DNA from: Schizochytrium sp. TIO01
Taxonomy: Eukaryota > Protista > Bigyra: Labyrinthulomycetes
DNA length: 64,000 nt
Assembly: GCA_004764695.1 (NCBI GenBank)
Contig: SMSO01000035.1
Coordinates: forward strand, 4,228,040 to 4,292,039
Direction of reading: 5' to 3'
The position numbers and the translations under genes are program-made. Position 1 is the stretch's first letter; every line of letters begins with the position of its first letter. Shown in pieces: positions 44,109 to 55,974 of this stretch. A model generated the notes under the pieces. It was given only the letters and a program-made list of their open reading frames with translations, was not told the origin of the DNA and did not search any database.

Positions 44109-47100
44109 ATGGACTTCAACGTATTGAACGTCGTCTCTGACGAAGGCGGGGTTGACCCCAGCAAGCGCCGAAAGCGCAAGAAGAAGAAGAACAATAATAA
44201 CAAGTCTAAGGATGCGCCGGCGGCCGCGAAAGCCTCGAATCTGGATACCGTAGAGGAATTCTGCTTGGCCCTAGGCTTTGACGAGGACGAGATTGCCTTC
44301 GGGCGCCAGGAGATGCAGGAAAGGGGTCTTGCATACAACAAGCCCGAGGTGGTCAAGATCTATCTTGAGGTGAAGCGGCAGCACCTTGCAGAACACCGCA
44401 CCGTGTCCAAACGCAAGGCAAAGGAGAACTCAGAGGCGAATGACTCGCCAAAGCCTTCTTCCACTTCTGCTTCTACTTCTTCTGGCATTGTGGCATCCGT
44501 GCCGCTCATGGCCACCGGCGCCAACGCTGGCATCAAGCCCCAAGCCCCTGCTTCTCAAAAAAACACTGGGCAAGACACCCCGCAGCAAAACTCTGCGTCG
44601 GAACCGTCTTTGGACTCAGCCTCGCAGGTCAAGAGCGCTGAACCAGCTCAGGATATCTCTGCTGTGAGCACTCGGGAGCGGCTTCTAAGCGTCCTAACCA
44701 CTGTGAAAGAGGTGGACGCCATCCTCGATGGCATGAAGATGTGGCTCCAAAAGGCGAACGAACAAGAGCGTCGTGTATTTGCAGAGGAAGACGTGCTTGC
44801 AAAGTTTTTTGAAACCGTCTTAGCAAGCATCGTATCTAAATCAGAGCCAATGGCCATGTCGACTCTCACAACACTCAAGCGGCAGCTTGCAGGCCTTCTG
44901 GAGTACCTCCTAGACGCTCCTGCAAATTCACTTGCAGAAAGCGCAACGTCTCTTATTGATGGAGCGAACCAAATGAAGGGCGTCAATGCGACAGACGTGA
45001 CGACTTTGGCTCAGTTCGCGGCCGCTGCAGTGGCCAGAGGCGTGCAGATCAAGAAGAAAAACACCGCTCAAGCTGCAGCAGCAGCAAACGTTGGTAAATT
45101 ACCAGTGAACGCTATTTCTGATCTGAACCAGGGTGCCAGCGAGTACCAACACCTGGAAAAGGCCATTGCTCCAGCTGTCCCGCAAGGAGACAAGTTCATT
45201 GTACAGTCCGGAGGCGCGAGCCTCAGCGCAGGCGAAGTAGGCCGTCTATTCCGCCTGCGAGATATTGGCAAGCGGGCAGCAGAGATCGCCAGCCGCTGTG
45301 TTCAATTGGCGGATACTCAGCTGCGCGAGCAAGATGCAGCAGGCGATGTGAAATTGCAGTTCCTCAGCTACAGACGAAGTACAGAAGTTTGTCTCACGAC
45401 TCGCAGAAGAAGCACAGCAGGCCGAAGAGGTTGCAGAAACAGCTAGAACAAACCTAGGACAAGCCACAATGAATGGTCAAGACGAAGATCTCGTGCAAGC
45501 AGAGGCCGAGCGTCTTGCTGCAGAAAGCCAACTCAACTCCCTTCAAAGCGAGCGTGAACGGCTCATTGAAGAACTAGCTGCTGTGGAGGAGAAGATCGCT
45601 GGAGCATCTGCAAACGTCCAGAGCTTAGAACAGAAAATCGAAAAGGCACGCTCAACTGCATCCGCTGAACTCAACGCGCTTACAACGCAAGCACAAACTG
45701 CAGCAACGACGGCGAAGGAAACACAACGCCGACTCGAAGCAGCAAAGCGTGTTCAGAAGTTTGGAGAGAGTTTGCAGTTGTCTCAGGGTCGGCAGCAACC
45801 TGCTGATGCTACAAACTCAGAACGCAATGGCAACGATAAGTTATCCTGGAAGGTCACCTCTGCCCTGGCTATGGACAGGTACTTGGCTGTGGAAGCCGCG
45901 TGCATTTCGTTCATGAAGGCTCGGGTAGATGGAGCTGACTCCCGCATCGCAGAGTATGACACGAAGTCCACAAACCTCAGTGCGTTAGGGATGCACACTC
46001 TGGCTCAAGAGGCAATTGTGCGCCGCGATCAAGAAACAAAGTTTAAGGCAGAGGACTCTCAGGCGTTGCTTGCGCTTACTCAGTCTGCCACAAACTCAGC
46101 ACAAATGCTTTCTGCGCTAATCGATTCTAACCTTCCTGTTTCCGCAGTTGCAGCTCTTCACCGATGCATTCGCCATCTTGAAAAGTCAGGTATCTCCATC
46201 TCTTTGCCTGGACTTCCTGATGTGGCAGCAGAGCCTGTGCAGGTCCCAGATAAATCATCAGCTCCTGCAGCTGTAGCTGCTAGCTGCTGCTCCTGCTACT
46301 GCTGCTGCTGCTGCTCCTTCTTCTCGATCACCAGCTTCGCCAAATGCTGCTACTGTTTTACCGGAGACTTCCTCAGGAGCTCAGGTATCCAAGAAATCAG
46401 CTCCCTCTTGGGGTGGCTGGGGCAAACCCCAAAAGCAGGCTTCGGCGCCTTCTCTGCGGGAGATTCTTGCTGAAGAGGCCGAGAAGCAAGATCGCGAGGA
46501 GCAAACGACCACGGCTGAGTCAAGCATGCCCATGACAAAAGAAGAGCAATCAAATGCTTCCGAGTCTGGCCAAGTAGACGAAAAGCCTGAAATTGTTGCG
46601 GAGTCAGGAGGAGAAGCTGATAAGCAAGCCGGTGGTGGTGATGATGACAACGATGATGTCGATGAGGAAGAGGAAAGAGGAAGAAGAAAATCAGTCTAAC
46701 ATCGCTGTTACCGAGGCTGAGTCGTCCGCTGAAGCTACAAGTGAGGCAGCGGAGGATGAAAAAAGTGATGAGGAAGAGCAGACTTGTGCCGATGTGACGA
46801 CCGCTACTGATGCTACGAGCTCTGCGGACTTAGACGCCAATGTTAATGTTGAAAATGACCAGGAAACGACTACGGAAAACATCGTTCCCGAGGGAGAAAG
46901 TGAAGTCGCTGAGGAGGCCGTCGAAGCAAGAGCACCTGAGGATGCTTCAGATAAGAAGGAGAATATCAACGTAGACAACGATGCCCGGAAGGAAGACGTA
47001 GACGATGCAGGCCACGTAGAAGAAACGGCACCCAAGTCTGAGTCCACAGAGGAAGTATTGGCTACCACCAAGTCGATCGATGTCACACTTGAGCAAGAGA

Positions 47101-47588
47101 ATGTCATTCCCGACGAAGAAGATAACCTCAATGTTGAAGTTCTAGAGCAAAACGAAGAAGACCCTGCGACTACTAGCGTCGATGCAGTTGGTAATGATGA
47201 TGACAATGATGATTCAACTCAAGTACAGCAAGACGAAGAGCAAGAACCAGCAAAGGAGAATGATGGCGAGGAAGAGGAAGAAGAAAACCCGGAAGATGAT
47301 AGCGGTACCCCAGCCGAATCGCATCAAGAGGTTTCGCGTACGTCCAAACTTCAGCAGGAAGAGGAAGTGGATCCGAATGATGACAAAGCAGAAGAAAGTA
47401 GCGACGAACCAGCTCTTGCAGGAGAGGAGCGAGATGAGGATGATGTTGTAAGTGATTCGGATATCGATAAAATCGAGGCTGCTGGTTCTTCGCAGAATGA
47501 GAAAGATGGTCTTCTGAATGGAAAAGTCAGCAGAAGTGAAGAAGCAGCCGAGGGAGCAAACCCTGAAATCAATGACGAGGCACAGTAA
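44109..47588 (+). CDS. Uncharacterised protein (basic NLS-like stretch, UBA-like segment, coiled coil, acidic tail); three +1 frameshifts, about 1158 aa if corrected
   Basis: ORFs 43974..45446, 45469..46473 and 46593..47588 become one frame if single bases are removed near 45352, 46282 and 46675; first ATG at 44109. Confidence 0.7.
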
Positions 47589-47928
47589 TTAAATACACAA
47601 ACAATATTTAGCTCCATTTTGTATTGAAGAGTTTTCCTATGACAGATGCTCCACTTATTAATCACATTTGGCTTGGAACAGATTGGTACAGTTTCGGCTG
47701 ACTCCGTTGATATGAAGATTAAGATCGTTGATTCGAAGGCAAAAAGAAAAAGAAGAGTACATCTTTATTCTATACAAACAGTTTTGAACACATAAAACGA
47801 GTATAGTGGCAGCGCATGTTGCTACAGAAAGAAATCAGCACCGCCGGCTGACATTAGGTATAACCCAGAAAATGCAGAAAAGGAAAAGACAGTTTGTCAT
47901 ATGATAGACATTCATCTTGTTTTTCTCT

Positions 47929-50001
47929 CTATACAGACGATTGAAGAATCTGCTCTTGCTTATGTTTTTGCAAATCTATATCCGCGCGAACATTTATAAC
48001 TTGATTGTGAAGTTGGGCAGCACGCTCGTCAACGGCCTCAATCCGGGATGCGGTCTCAGGATCTAACTGATTAAAGACACGATCTTCATACTGCGCTAAA
48101 ACGGTCTGAACCTTTTCCTCCAGTTTAGAAAGCTTCTCCTCTACTTTTGCTGGAACTCCATCTGTATTACGCGTGAGCTTATCGCGGATAGTTTGTACAA
48201 GCTGCTCCAGACCTGGGTCGTGCGCTAAAGCTGTAGTAGGGTCAACCTCAGGAAGTTCGAGACTTGACAGAACCAGATATACATTTGGAGCAAGAAGCGC
48301 AGCATGCTGACTTTGCAATAGGTAGAGACACTCAGAAACACGGACAATCGGTCGATCATTAGAGAGGATAGATTCTGGTTCTGCGTCGAAACCCTCAGGA
48401 ACATCCATGACGTCCTGCGCAATATCGAAGAATAGCGTGCATTGGAGTACGCGGTACATACCACGCATATCAGCAGCAGCGCCAGAATGACGCGCTGCAA
48501 TGCGAGGGTTGGTGGAAAACCATATGTAAGAGCCAAGCGCTTCCATACCATGTGTCAGAGCTCGCTTCAAAATAGGCAAATCTGGAATACCTACATAAAC
48601 AGTCCTGGTCGGCGTAGCAATGTCCTGCTTGTTCCAATGTTCTCTCCAAAGAAAAGCATTGAAAACTTTGACAGCTCGATAAATTCGATAAACGCCTTTA
48701 GATGAACTTCCACCCTGGTCACTGTCTTTATACACGTCTTGTTGAGACGTTAAAATAGATTTTGCCAAGGCATGCAGTTCTGGCGGCAAGGTTGCCGTTG
48801 ATGGGGCTGAGGTCGAATCTCCATATAAAATTTGTACTGCAACACGTTTGATTACTGTTCCATCGTCGTCCGAAATACCTTGCATCAGCTCTGCAAGAGC
48901 AATGGACTCATTTAGTTCGAGTCTTGCCCGGCGAGATAAATGCGCAAAGGCCTTTTCTTCTTGCTCCATAATTACCCGTTCATCTGCAATTAAGCCTTCA
49001 AGGATATCTCGATGCTGCTTTCGGGCTTTCAAGAGCTCAATCTTTAAATACTCAAAGTTCTGGTCTCGAAGTCGAACCTGGCGCATTCGCTCGCTATATA
49101 CCTTTTCGCGCCCTTTCGAGACAACTTCTTGCAGCTTTGCAAATTGTTCGAGAAGTTGAGTCTTTAAATCCTCTGCTTCGTGTATACTTTTGACACGAGC
49201 AAGCTCAATTGATCGAAGCTCCTCTTGATGCTGTCTATGGAGGTCATCAACTTGGTCATGAAATTCCAATTGGCGTTGCAAGAAAGTATCTTCAGCACGT
49301 GCACGATCTCGGTCTTCGACGCGATCCCCATCGAGTACAAACAAACCCTTCAATACACATACAGTGTATGAGCGATAGTTTTCTTGGTATACTATCGGGC
49401 AGGCGCCGAACAGCTGACTTTGAAGGTGTAGCTCCCGAAGCTCTGGTAATGATGCAAGGCGTTCGAGTTCTTTTAACCGGGAGATTTTGTTTCTCGATAA
49501 GTCAAGGATGCGTAAGTACATGTTACCTTCAAGACCGCCTAGTTCGCGAATATTATTGCCCTGTGCACAAAATTCACGCAGATCGCTGAGGTTCTCTAGA
49601 TTCTCGATGCAGTCAATACGGTTCTCTGATAACCACAGCCTTCTCAGCCGAGGGCATCTGTCGAGGTTTTCAATTTTAGTTACATCGCACCGTGTAATGA
49701 AAAGCTCTGTGAGATTTGGGAGAACGTCAAGGAACTCCAGGCGTTGGAGATGCGGTTGCCTGCTCAGGGTTAGAGATCGTAAGGTAGCTCCAAGGCATCG
49801 CAAATTCGGTACCCGAGAGAGTCTGGTGTCAATTAGTGAAAGTTTCTGTAAGCTCTTAAGCTGCGCAAAATACTGTGTTGCATTGGTATCACTGAAAATA
49901 ATTTCTAGTTCACGCATTTTGCCAGGGTCTTCGTCCACGCCACATGCCTCCTCCACAAAGTTCACCGTGGCGCCGGTGGTGTCTCCACGGACGATCTCCA
50001 T
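47929..50001 (-). CDS. Leucine-rich repeat protein, LRRC9-like (SDS22-type LRRs, LRR cap, coiled coil, possible ADP-ribosyltransferase-like fold)
   Basis: LRRLWLSENRIDCIENLENL repeats, cap YRSYTVCVLKGLFVLDG, long coiled coil; the ART-like assignment is weak. Confidence 0.82.
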   Translation of the reverse strand: MEIVRGDTTGATVNFVEEACGVDEDPGKMRELEIIFSDTNATQYFAQLKSLQKLSLIDTRLSRVPNLRCLGATLRSLTLSRQPHLQRLEFLDVLPNLTELFITRCDVTKIENLDRCPRLRRLWLSENRIDCIENLENLSDLREFCAQGNNIRELGGLEGNMYLRILDLSRNKISRLKELERLASLPELRELHLQSQLFGACPIVYQENYRSYTVCVLKGLFVLDGDRVEDRDRARAEDTFLQRQLEFHDQVDDLHRQHQEELRSIELARVKSIHEAEDLKTQLLEQFAKLQEVVSKGREKVYSERMRQVRLRDQNFEYLKIELLKARKQHRDILEGLIADERVIMEQEEKAFAHLSRRARLELNESIALAELMQGISDDDGTVIKRVAVQILYGDSTSAPSTATLPPELHALAKSILTSQQDVYKDSDQGGSSSKGVYRIYRAVKVFNAFLWREHWNKQDIATPTRTVYVGIPDLPILKRALTHGMEALGSYIWFSTNPRIAARHSGAAADMRGMYRVLQCTLFFDIAQDVMDVPEGFDAEPESILSNDRPIVRVSECLYLLQSQHAALLAPNVYLVLSSLELPEVDPTTALAHDPGLEQLVQTIRDKLTRNTDGVPAKVEEKLSKLEEKVQTVLAQYEDRVFNQLDPETASRIEAVDERAAQLHNQVINVRADIDLQKHKQEQILQSSV

Positions 50002-50876
50002 GGTTTCTAACGACCAGCAGACACCTTGTTTCCAAGGAAAGCCGCTGTCGCAAGGTCAATGCCGCAGCTCGCCTCTTCTAAATCAAACGAGCTCTAGGCA
50101 GCACAATCAGTCTTTGACAACACGAGTTGCCCTCCGAATAAATTTTGATTCGAGTACCTCCGCCGCTCCAAAGCAAAATAGTTATTACTATTGCCTATTA
50201 GCAAAACCCACGTTCTAATGAGACCGTTATCTATATAGTAATATGCTGAAACTATGGGGGCCTAGTATTACATATGCCCATAGTCACTTTACAAGAAGAA
50301 AAAAATACAAGAAAAAAGGTTACCAGCGCGAAGATGTGAACAGACTTACAGCGTTTTAGGATGAACCGAAAGGTAGTTTTTCGAAGCAGCTAGGTAAAGG
50401 TTGTATGAAAGATTAATGAGTGATTCGATTCTTATTTTCCTGAACATGAATAGAAATAGAGAGTCGCAAACGATAAATTCGGGTTGAACAGTGAAGGTTG
50501 AAACACAATGTCAGACATTGCAAATATACATTTTGAAGACAATGGGCGTATCTTGTTAAAAAAGAAAAGAAGATGTTTTGTGCATTGCTATGATATGGGA
50601 TACTGAACGAATGAGTGAATGAATGAATGAATGAATGAATGATGATGGAGTAGTACTTTGGGTTTTGGTGCAGTATTGATGGCGAGTATGTTCCTAAAGA
50701 CAATGTATGTAACATGGACCCGCCCCCAAAAGTCGAAATCAAAAAGAGCAAGGAGCACAAAAGCGATGATGTTCAGGCAGTATAGAAATTAATGCTTATG
50801 TACGTAAATGGCAACACCAAAAAGCCAGGAGTGCGGCTTCTCTCCGGATCGGGTCGCAAAGACCCTACGACAAATC

Positions 50877-52277
50877 TTACTTTTGAAGAACTCGAGCTGT
50901 TCTAGCAAGTTGCAAGAGCAGCGCAGCATCATGCTCGGGCCTGGAAATGACAAATGCTTCGGGGTCCATTGGCTGTGCATCATACTGCTGTTTATTTAGG
51001 CGCTCAGAAATCTGAGATGCAAGGTAGGGCTGAAATAGTGATGAAGATGCCGGCATCGAGATTAATGAAGAAGATGATAGAGGTTGCGGCGGGGGCGGAG
51101 GAGCACTAGAAGCTGCTGGCATGAAGTTAGTGGGCCCAGACATCATGTAGAGAGGTTGGGAAACCTTACCACTCGGCTCGATTTTGCGTTTCTTAGTCTT
51201 GAGTTGTTCAAGGCCATCCGCACCGCCCATTCCCAGGGTACGCGGAGTGCATACAGCTGCACCTTCAGCATTTTCGGAAGCTGCTGTCGAGGAGGAGGCG
51301 GATTCTATTGCGCGCTGAGGTGGCGAGGTCATGGCAATGGCTACCGTGGGCTCTGCTGCTGCTGCGCGCTGCGGCGGCGAGTTACACAGCTCGTGCTGCC
51401 TACGTGCCATTTTGCGGAGCTGGCGCTCCTGCTTACGAGCGCACGAGTAGTAGCGGTTCTTGACGCTGAGGTCCGTACGGCCTGGGAGATGCTTAGCAAT
51501 CTCTGCCCACAAGTTGCCATATCGCTGTTGATAAAAGTAAATTACAGCGTCTTCAGCAGGAGTCCAAGCACCCTTTTTGACCTGCGGGCACAGGTGATTT
51601 CTGTAGCGATCGCGACATTGCTTCGGTACCCGGCCAGGAAGGCTTGCCGCTACGAGTCTCCACTGAGATAATCCGTGTTGCTTGACAGCTTCGAGCAACA
51701 AGTTGTCCTCTTCAGCCGTCCAGAGCTGCTTGGGGGAGCTCACAATTGTGTTTCGCTTTGCTGTTGGCATGAGCAGCGCCGGAGGGAGAATCCCACGGCG
51801 ACCGTGCTCTGAGCCATGTGGAGTGCCGCTCGGGTCTCCGTCCTTGCGAGGCTGGTTCATGGACGCAAAGACCTCACTAGACGCGTCCTTGAAGTCGCCT
51901 TTGGCAGCCTGGCCGAAAGGCCCTTGCGATTCCAGGTCAAGGTGGATTCCGCTTGGAGAAATCCTGGTAAAGGAGTCGGGATCAGGCACTACGACAGATG
52001 TCTGCACGGCTGGCCAGCCCTGCTGGGCCCCGAGGCGGTGAAGACTCTGCTTGAGAATGTCCAATTGCAATTTACCTGTTCCCAAGGCGTCGTGGGGCGA
52101 GGCGTTCGGAGCCACGAGATCAAAGGTGAGCCGGTTCCCAGAACCCAGAGACGCCAGATTCAAGTGCGGAATTCGCGCCCGAGCGGCGGCTGCAAACGAG
52201 AAGACGGCCGCTGAAGGCTTGGACGCCTTCAGTTCGCATGAAGCGGCCCGAAGGTCGAGTTTTCTCGAGGTCTGCAT
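50877..52277 (-). CDS. R2R3-MYB transcription factor
   Basis: WTAEEDNLL...W...LPGRVPKQCRDRYRNHL and KKGAWTPAED...GNLWAEIAKHLPGRTDLSVKNRY. Confidence 0.92.
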   Translation of the reverse strand: MQTSRKLDLRAASCELKASKPSAAVFSFAAAARARIPHLNLASLGSGNRLTFDLVAPNASPHDALGTGKLQLDILKQSLHRLGAQQGWPAVQTSVVVPDPDSFTRISPSGIHLDLESQGPFGQAAKGDFKDASSEVFASMNQPRKDGDPSGTPHGSEHGRRGILPPALLMPTAKRNTIVSSPKQLWTAEEDNLLLEAVKQHGLSQWRLVAASLPGRVPKQCRDRYRNHLCPQVKKGAWTPAEDAVIYFYQQRYGNLWAEIAKHLPGRTDLSVKNRYYSCARKQERQLRKMARRQHELCNSPPQRAAAAEPTVAIAMTSPPQRAIESASSSTAASENAEGAAVCTPRTLGMGGADGLEQLKTKKRKIEPSGKVSQPLYMMSGPTNFMPAASSAPPPPPQPLSSSSLISMPASSSLFQPYLASQISERLNKQQYDAQPMDPEAFVISRPEHDAALLLQLARTARVLQK

Positions 52278-52894
52278 GCGGTTGTCAAGCGATGAGGAGC
52301 TTCAGGTCTAGCGACGCCAAAAAGCGAACTTGGTGCCCTCCATGATTTCGGAATCACAGACACATGTGACTCTGTAAAACGCAAGCATAACTCGCACCAT
52401 GCCCCCCTGTGGGGTTTCACGCAACATATTCATCCTAAACAACATGTTACGTTACAGGGGGTTATGAAACCTCACCGTTACGGGGGAGTATAAGGTGATT
52501 ATGCAGCGCGTGAAACCCACGTTACTGCGCGGTTATATTGACGAGAGCGCTCGAGCCCGAGGCAAAAAACCGTCGCCAGAGCGCGCTTCGAGGCTTGAAG
52601 AGTGACCGTCCACAGCGGTGGTTACAGCTCCTCCGCCCCTCCTGCGTCGCCATCGACCTGCGAGATCGTGGCCCTGGTGCTGCCGGCCGGCGCAATTGAT
52701 CGCAGCGTAGGAGCTCTGCACATTGGTTGCTCCCTCCCATCATCGCTGTTTTTTTATTGTGCACAAATCAGTAATGGATCCCCATAATAAATATAGTACA
52801 ATTAATGGCGGCCCTTTTTTATCTGCTTTCTTCTTAGGAGTGGATACATACATAGTGCAGTGAAGAAACCATTGAACAATCAATCAATCAGACA

Positions 52895-53198
52895 AATGAA
52901 TGAATGAATGAATGAATGAAAGATTGAAAGATTGAAAGATTAAATGAAGGAACGAAAGATTGAAAGATTGAATGAAGGAATGAATAGACAAATGAGTGAA
53001 TAGACAAATGAAGAAACAAGCGAAGAAACACATGAATGAATGAAGAAACAAATGAATAAACGAAGAAACATGAGTAAACAAAAAAACAAACGAAGAAACA
53101 AACAAACGAAGAAACAAACAAACGAAGAAACAAACAAATGAAGAAACAAACAAACGAACATACAAACGAAGAAACAAACAAACAAACAAATGAATGAA
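52895..53198. repeat. Compound microsatellite (AATG, GAAAGATT, GAAGAAACAAACAAAC units)
   Basis: About 300 bp of low-complexity repeats. Confidence 0.9.
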
Positions 53199-55974
53199 CG
53201 ATGACCAGAGTGAAAATGACAAAACCAAACAGCGTCAGAGTAGGTACCATTCATTACCTACATGGTCGCACTTTTTCCCTCGAGGTACATAGCAGAAAGT
53301 ACTAGGAAGCGGGTAGTAGAAGGAAGTTACACAACACCAAAACCACAAGACAGACGGGAGAATGCATGCGCTAATGGCTGACGAAGCGGGCATCGCCGAG
53401 AGGTCCACTGCGCGAAGCTGATAGTCGCGAGGTCGCCTCAAGATCCACGCACGCCCAATCTCCTTGACGGCGAGCCTCAGCTTTGCTCCTTTGCTTGCTT
53501 GCAGAGGGAATCGTGGCAGCAGCTTAAAGAACTTAGACCCCAAAGGGGGGGGGGGACCGAATGCACGTGTCGCTGGGAGAGAGAATCCATTTACGAAGGA
53601 GCGATCGCTGAAAATGGAGGATCGTGCTCGAGTTTGAGGCGGTTTGAGGAATCGACTGACGCTGATGGAGATTGGGTCGCCCCAGCAGAGCGGACGCTGG
53701 ACGTGCTGGGCATTTTGGCAGTGCCAAGATCTGCGACTGCACGACCAAGAGCGGCAATGTTGGCGGCGAAAGATAGGTTTTGCAGCTCAAGGTTTAGAAG
53801 GATGCACGCTTTTAGGGGCGACTTGCTTGCAGCAGCTCGAGGTTTGCTTCTGAGGCAAGCGAGAGATCACCGTGTGCGTGCGTGCGTGCGCTTGGGGTGC
53901 TTAGGTGCAGGATTGGCGGCCTGGAAGATCAAAGTTTGGTTGGGGGTACCAGGTTATTTGTGTGCGGTTGAAGGTTGAAAGAGCAAGCTAGTGGCTATCC
54001 CGTTTGCCTCCAGCGCAGTGGCCATGTTGGTCTGCTGGAAATGGCGGCTCTAAGTCGGGTCGCTAGAAGAAAGCGTCTGGAAACTAAAGCTTACGCGGGC
54101 TTAATCTGGATTGAGATTACAAGTTGCCATGGAGCTGCCACCGTTGAGGCCTCGCCACTTCCTATTTATCGCAGAAACATCCTGACCATCGTGACGCTGT
54201 CCATTCTTCCCTACTGCAATCGTCGAACTCTGTGTTGTTTGCCCTCCCTACATAAAGTCGCGTAGGTCGTGGAAGCCTCAGAGGCCGTGGCAACTGGCGA
54301 CATATTGGAACCGAGAGAGGAAAGCAAAGCCCTAAGTGGAGCCTAGTATTGTATGTGCATGGCATCATGATACGTGTGTATTTTTGATGAAACCGAAGCA
54401 ATCGATGCTTTGATAATAGGGGCCGACCCCAGCTCTTCGAGTGAGGTGCTTCGAGTAAGGGAAGCACCTCTTGCTCGGCAGACTTCGACGCGATTAGAAA
54501 GAGGGACCTGCACGTTCATTGTTAGTACACACGACATTTCTGTGGACAGGGTTTCGAAACAATGATATTGACTAATGTATTTCGTAGTATTAGGATGTTG
54601 TCAGACCGAATTTTATGAATACGTTTCAAGTCGCCGGATATCGTTTGAGTTAAAGATGTGGCAGCCCTAGCTCACTGCTGAAAGGTGAAACTGATTAGCG
54701 TGAGGTTGACTGTAAAGATGAAGGCAAGAAGCTTGATGAAGGTTATAAGAAGGTTGATTTAAGTGTTAGCGAACTGCTGTCCTGGGGAATGAATTCCAGG
54801 ACAGATGGATTCATGTAGTAATTTAGGGAGATTAAGACATTCTTGAATGTGGTTAGAGATAATGAATGTGGTTAGAGATAATCGATGGGGTTAGGTTATC
54901 CAACCTTCTCCAACCATCGATCCAAGCTAAACCAAGCTTGGGTGTCGGTGATGTGTATTCACACTTCTAGTTCTTGGCTTCAGCAGCCACATAAGTCTGG
55001 CTGCTTATTCTTATTCTAATGTAAACCTTATTTCCAATGGGTTTTACAAAGGGACACCAAGAACTCTGGCAATGTCTTGTCCACTAGTTCCTTCGATTGG
55101 AGATCTCAGCACTCACATTCTTGTGGCATCGCGCGTCTCTCCTCCTCCGTTCACTAGCTCATTCAGAGCACAATTAGAATGGGGGTTTATCCTATTTCCA
55201 TAAAGTCTACAATGTGCTAGGTACAACACCAAATGACCTCCTACTACCCTGCTGACTCGTGTTGCAATCGTCAGGTAATGAGCGATTATGTAACTTATTT
55301 GCTGCCGATAGAAGCGGCTAGAATTTGATTGTTAACCAAACACAGGCCTCCTTCGTTTCCAGAACGAGGGCATGTAACGTGTGCGAAGTGATGGCGAGGA
55401 TAAAGAAAAGACGACGAAGGTGAACACAATGAAGGATAATGAAGGAAATGTCTACATAGGTGGACCATCGTGCATCCCGCTCCACCACATCGCTGTTGAC
55501 TTCGAGGCTTCCCAGCTTTCAACTGTGTTTTGCATTGCTCCCAACCTTGCAGAACTTCTTCGCTCGTGGCATTTCGCTGTCTACAAGTGAATGTTCTTTC
55601 GTCAGCTCCGCTTCTCTCCGAGTTGCCTCCTCCCTGCATTGTGTCCTCGCTGCACTGCAAAGTTGCACTGCAATGGCTTGCTGTGCTTGACCCAAATTGC
55701 TGTGCGTGCTACATACAAAGTACATAGGCTAAAGCACTCGCAGGGAATATGGTACCGCGTAGTATCTTCTTTCGAGAGAGCTCTAACTAGGCCTGGCTAG
55801 CGCCTTGCTAGCAGAAAGAGAGCAAATCTATTTCCATGAGATTTTCAAGAGTTGTTCTTCGTATTACAATTGATTTGGAGTCTAAGTGAATGAATGCACA
55901 GATGACGAATAGGGACCTAATCGAAGTAGAATCCTCCTCCCAAGGACGCAGAGCAGCAACCAGCGAGCGCAGGG

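Noticed and set aside
54889-54898. GGTTAGGTTA as a telomerase RNA template (TTAGG-type)
   Set aside because: A 10-mer like this is expected by chance in 64 kb, it is base-paired in a hairpin, and the telomere repeat of this organism cannot be seen in the window.
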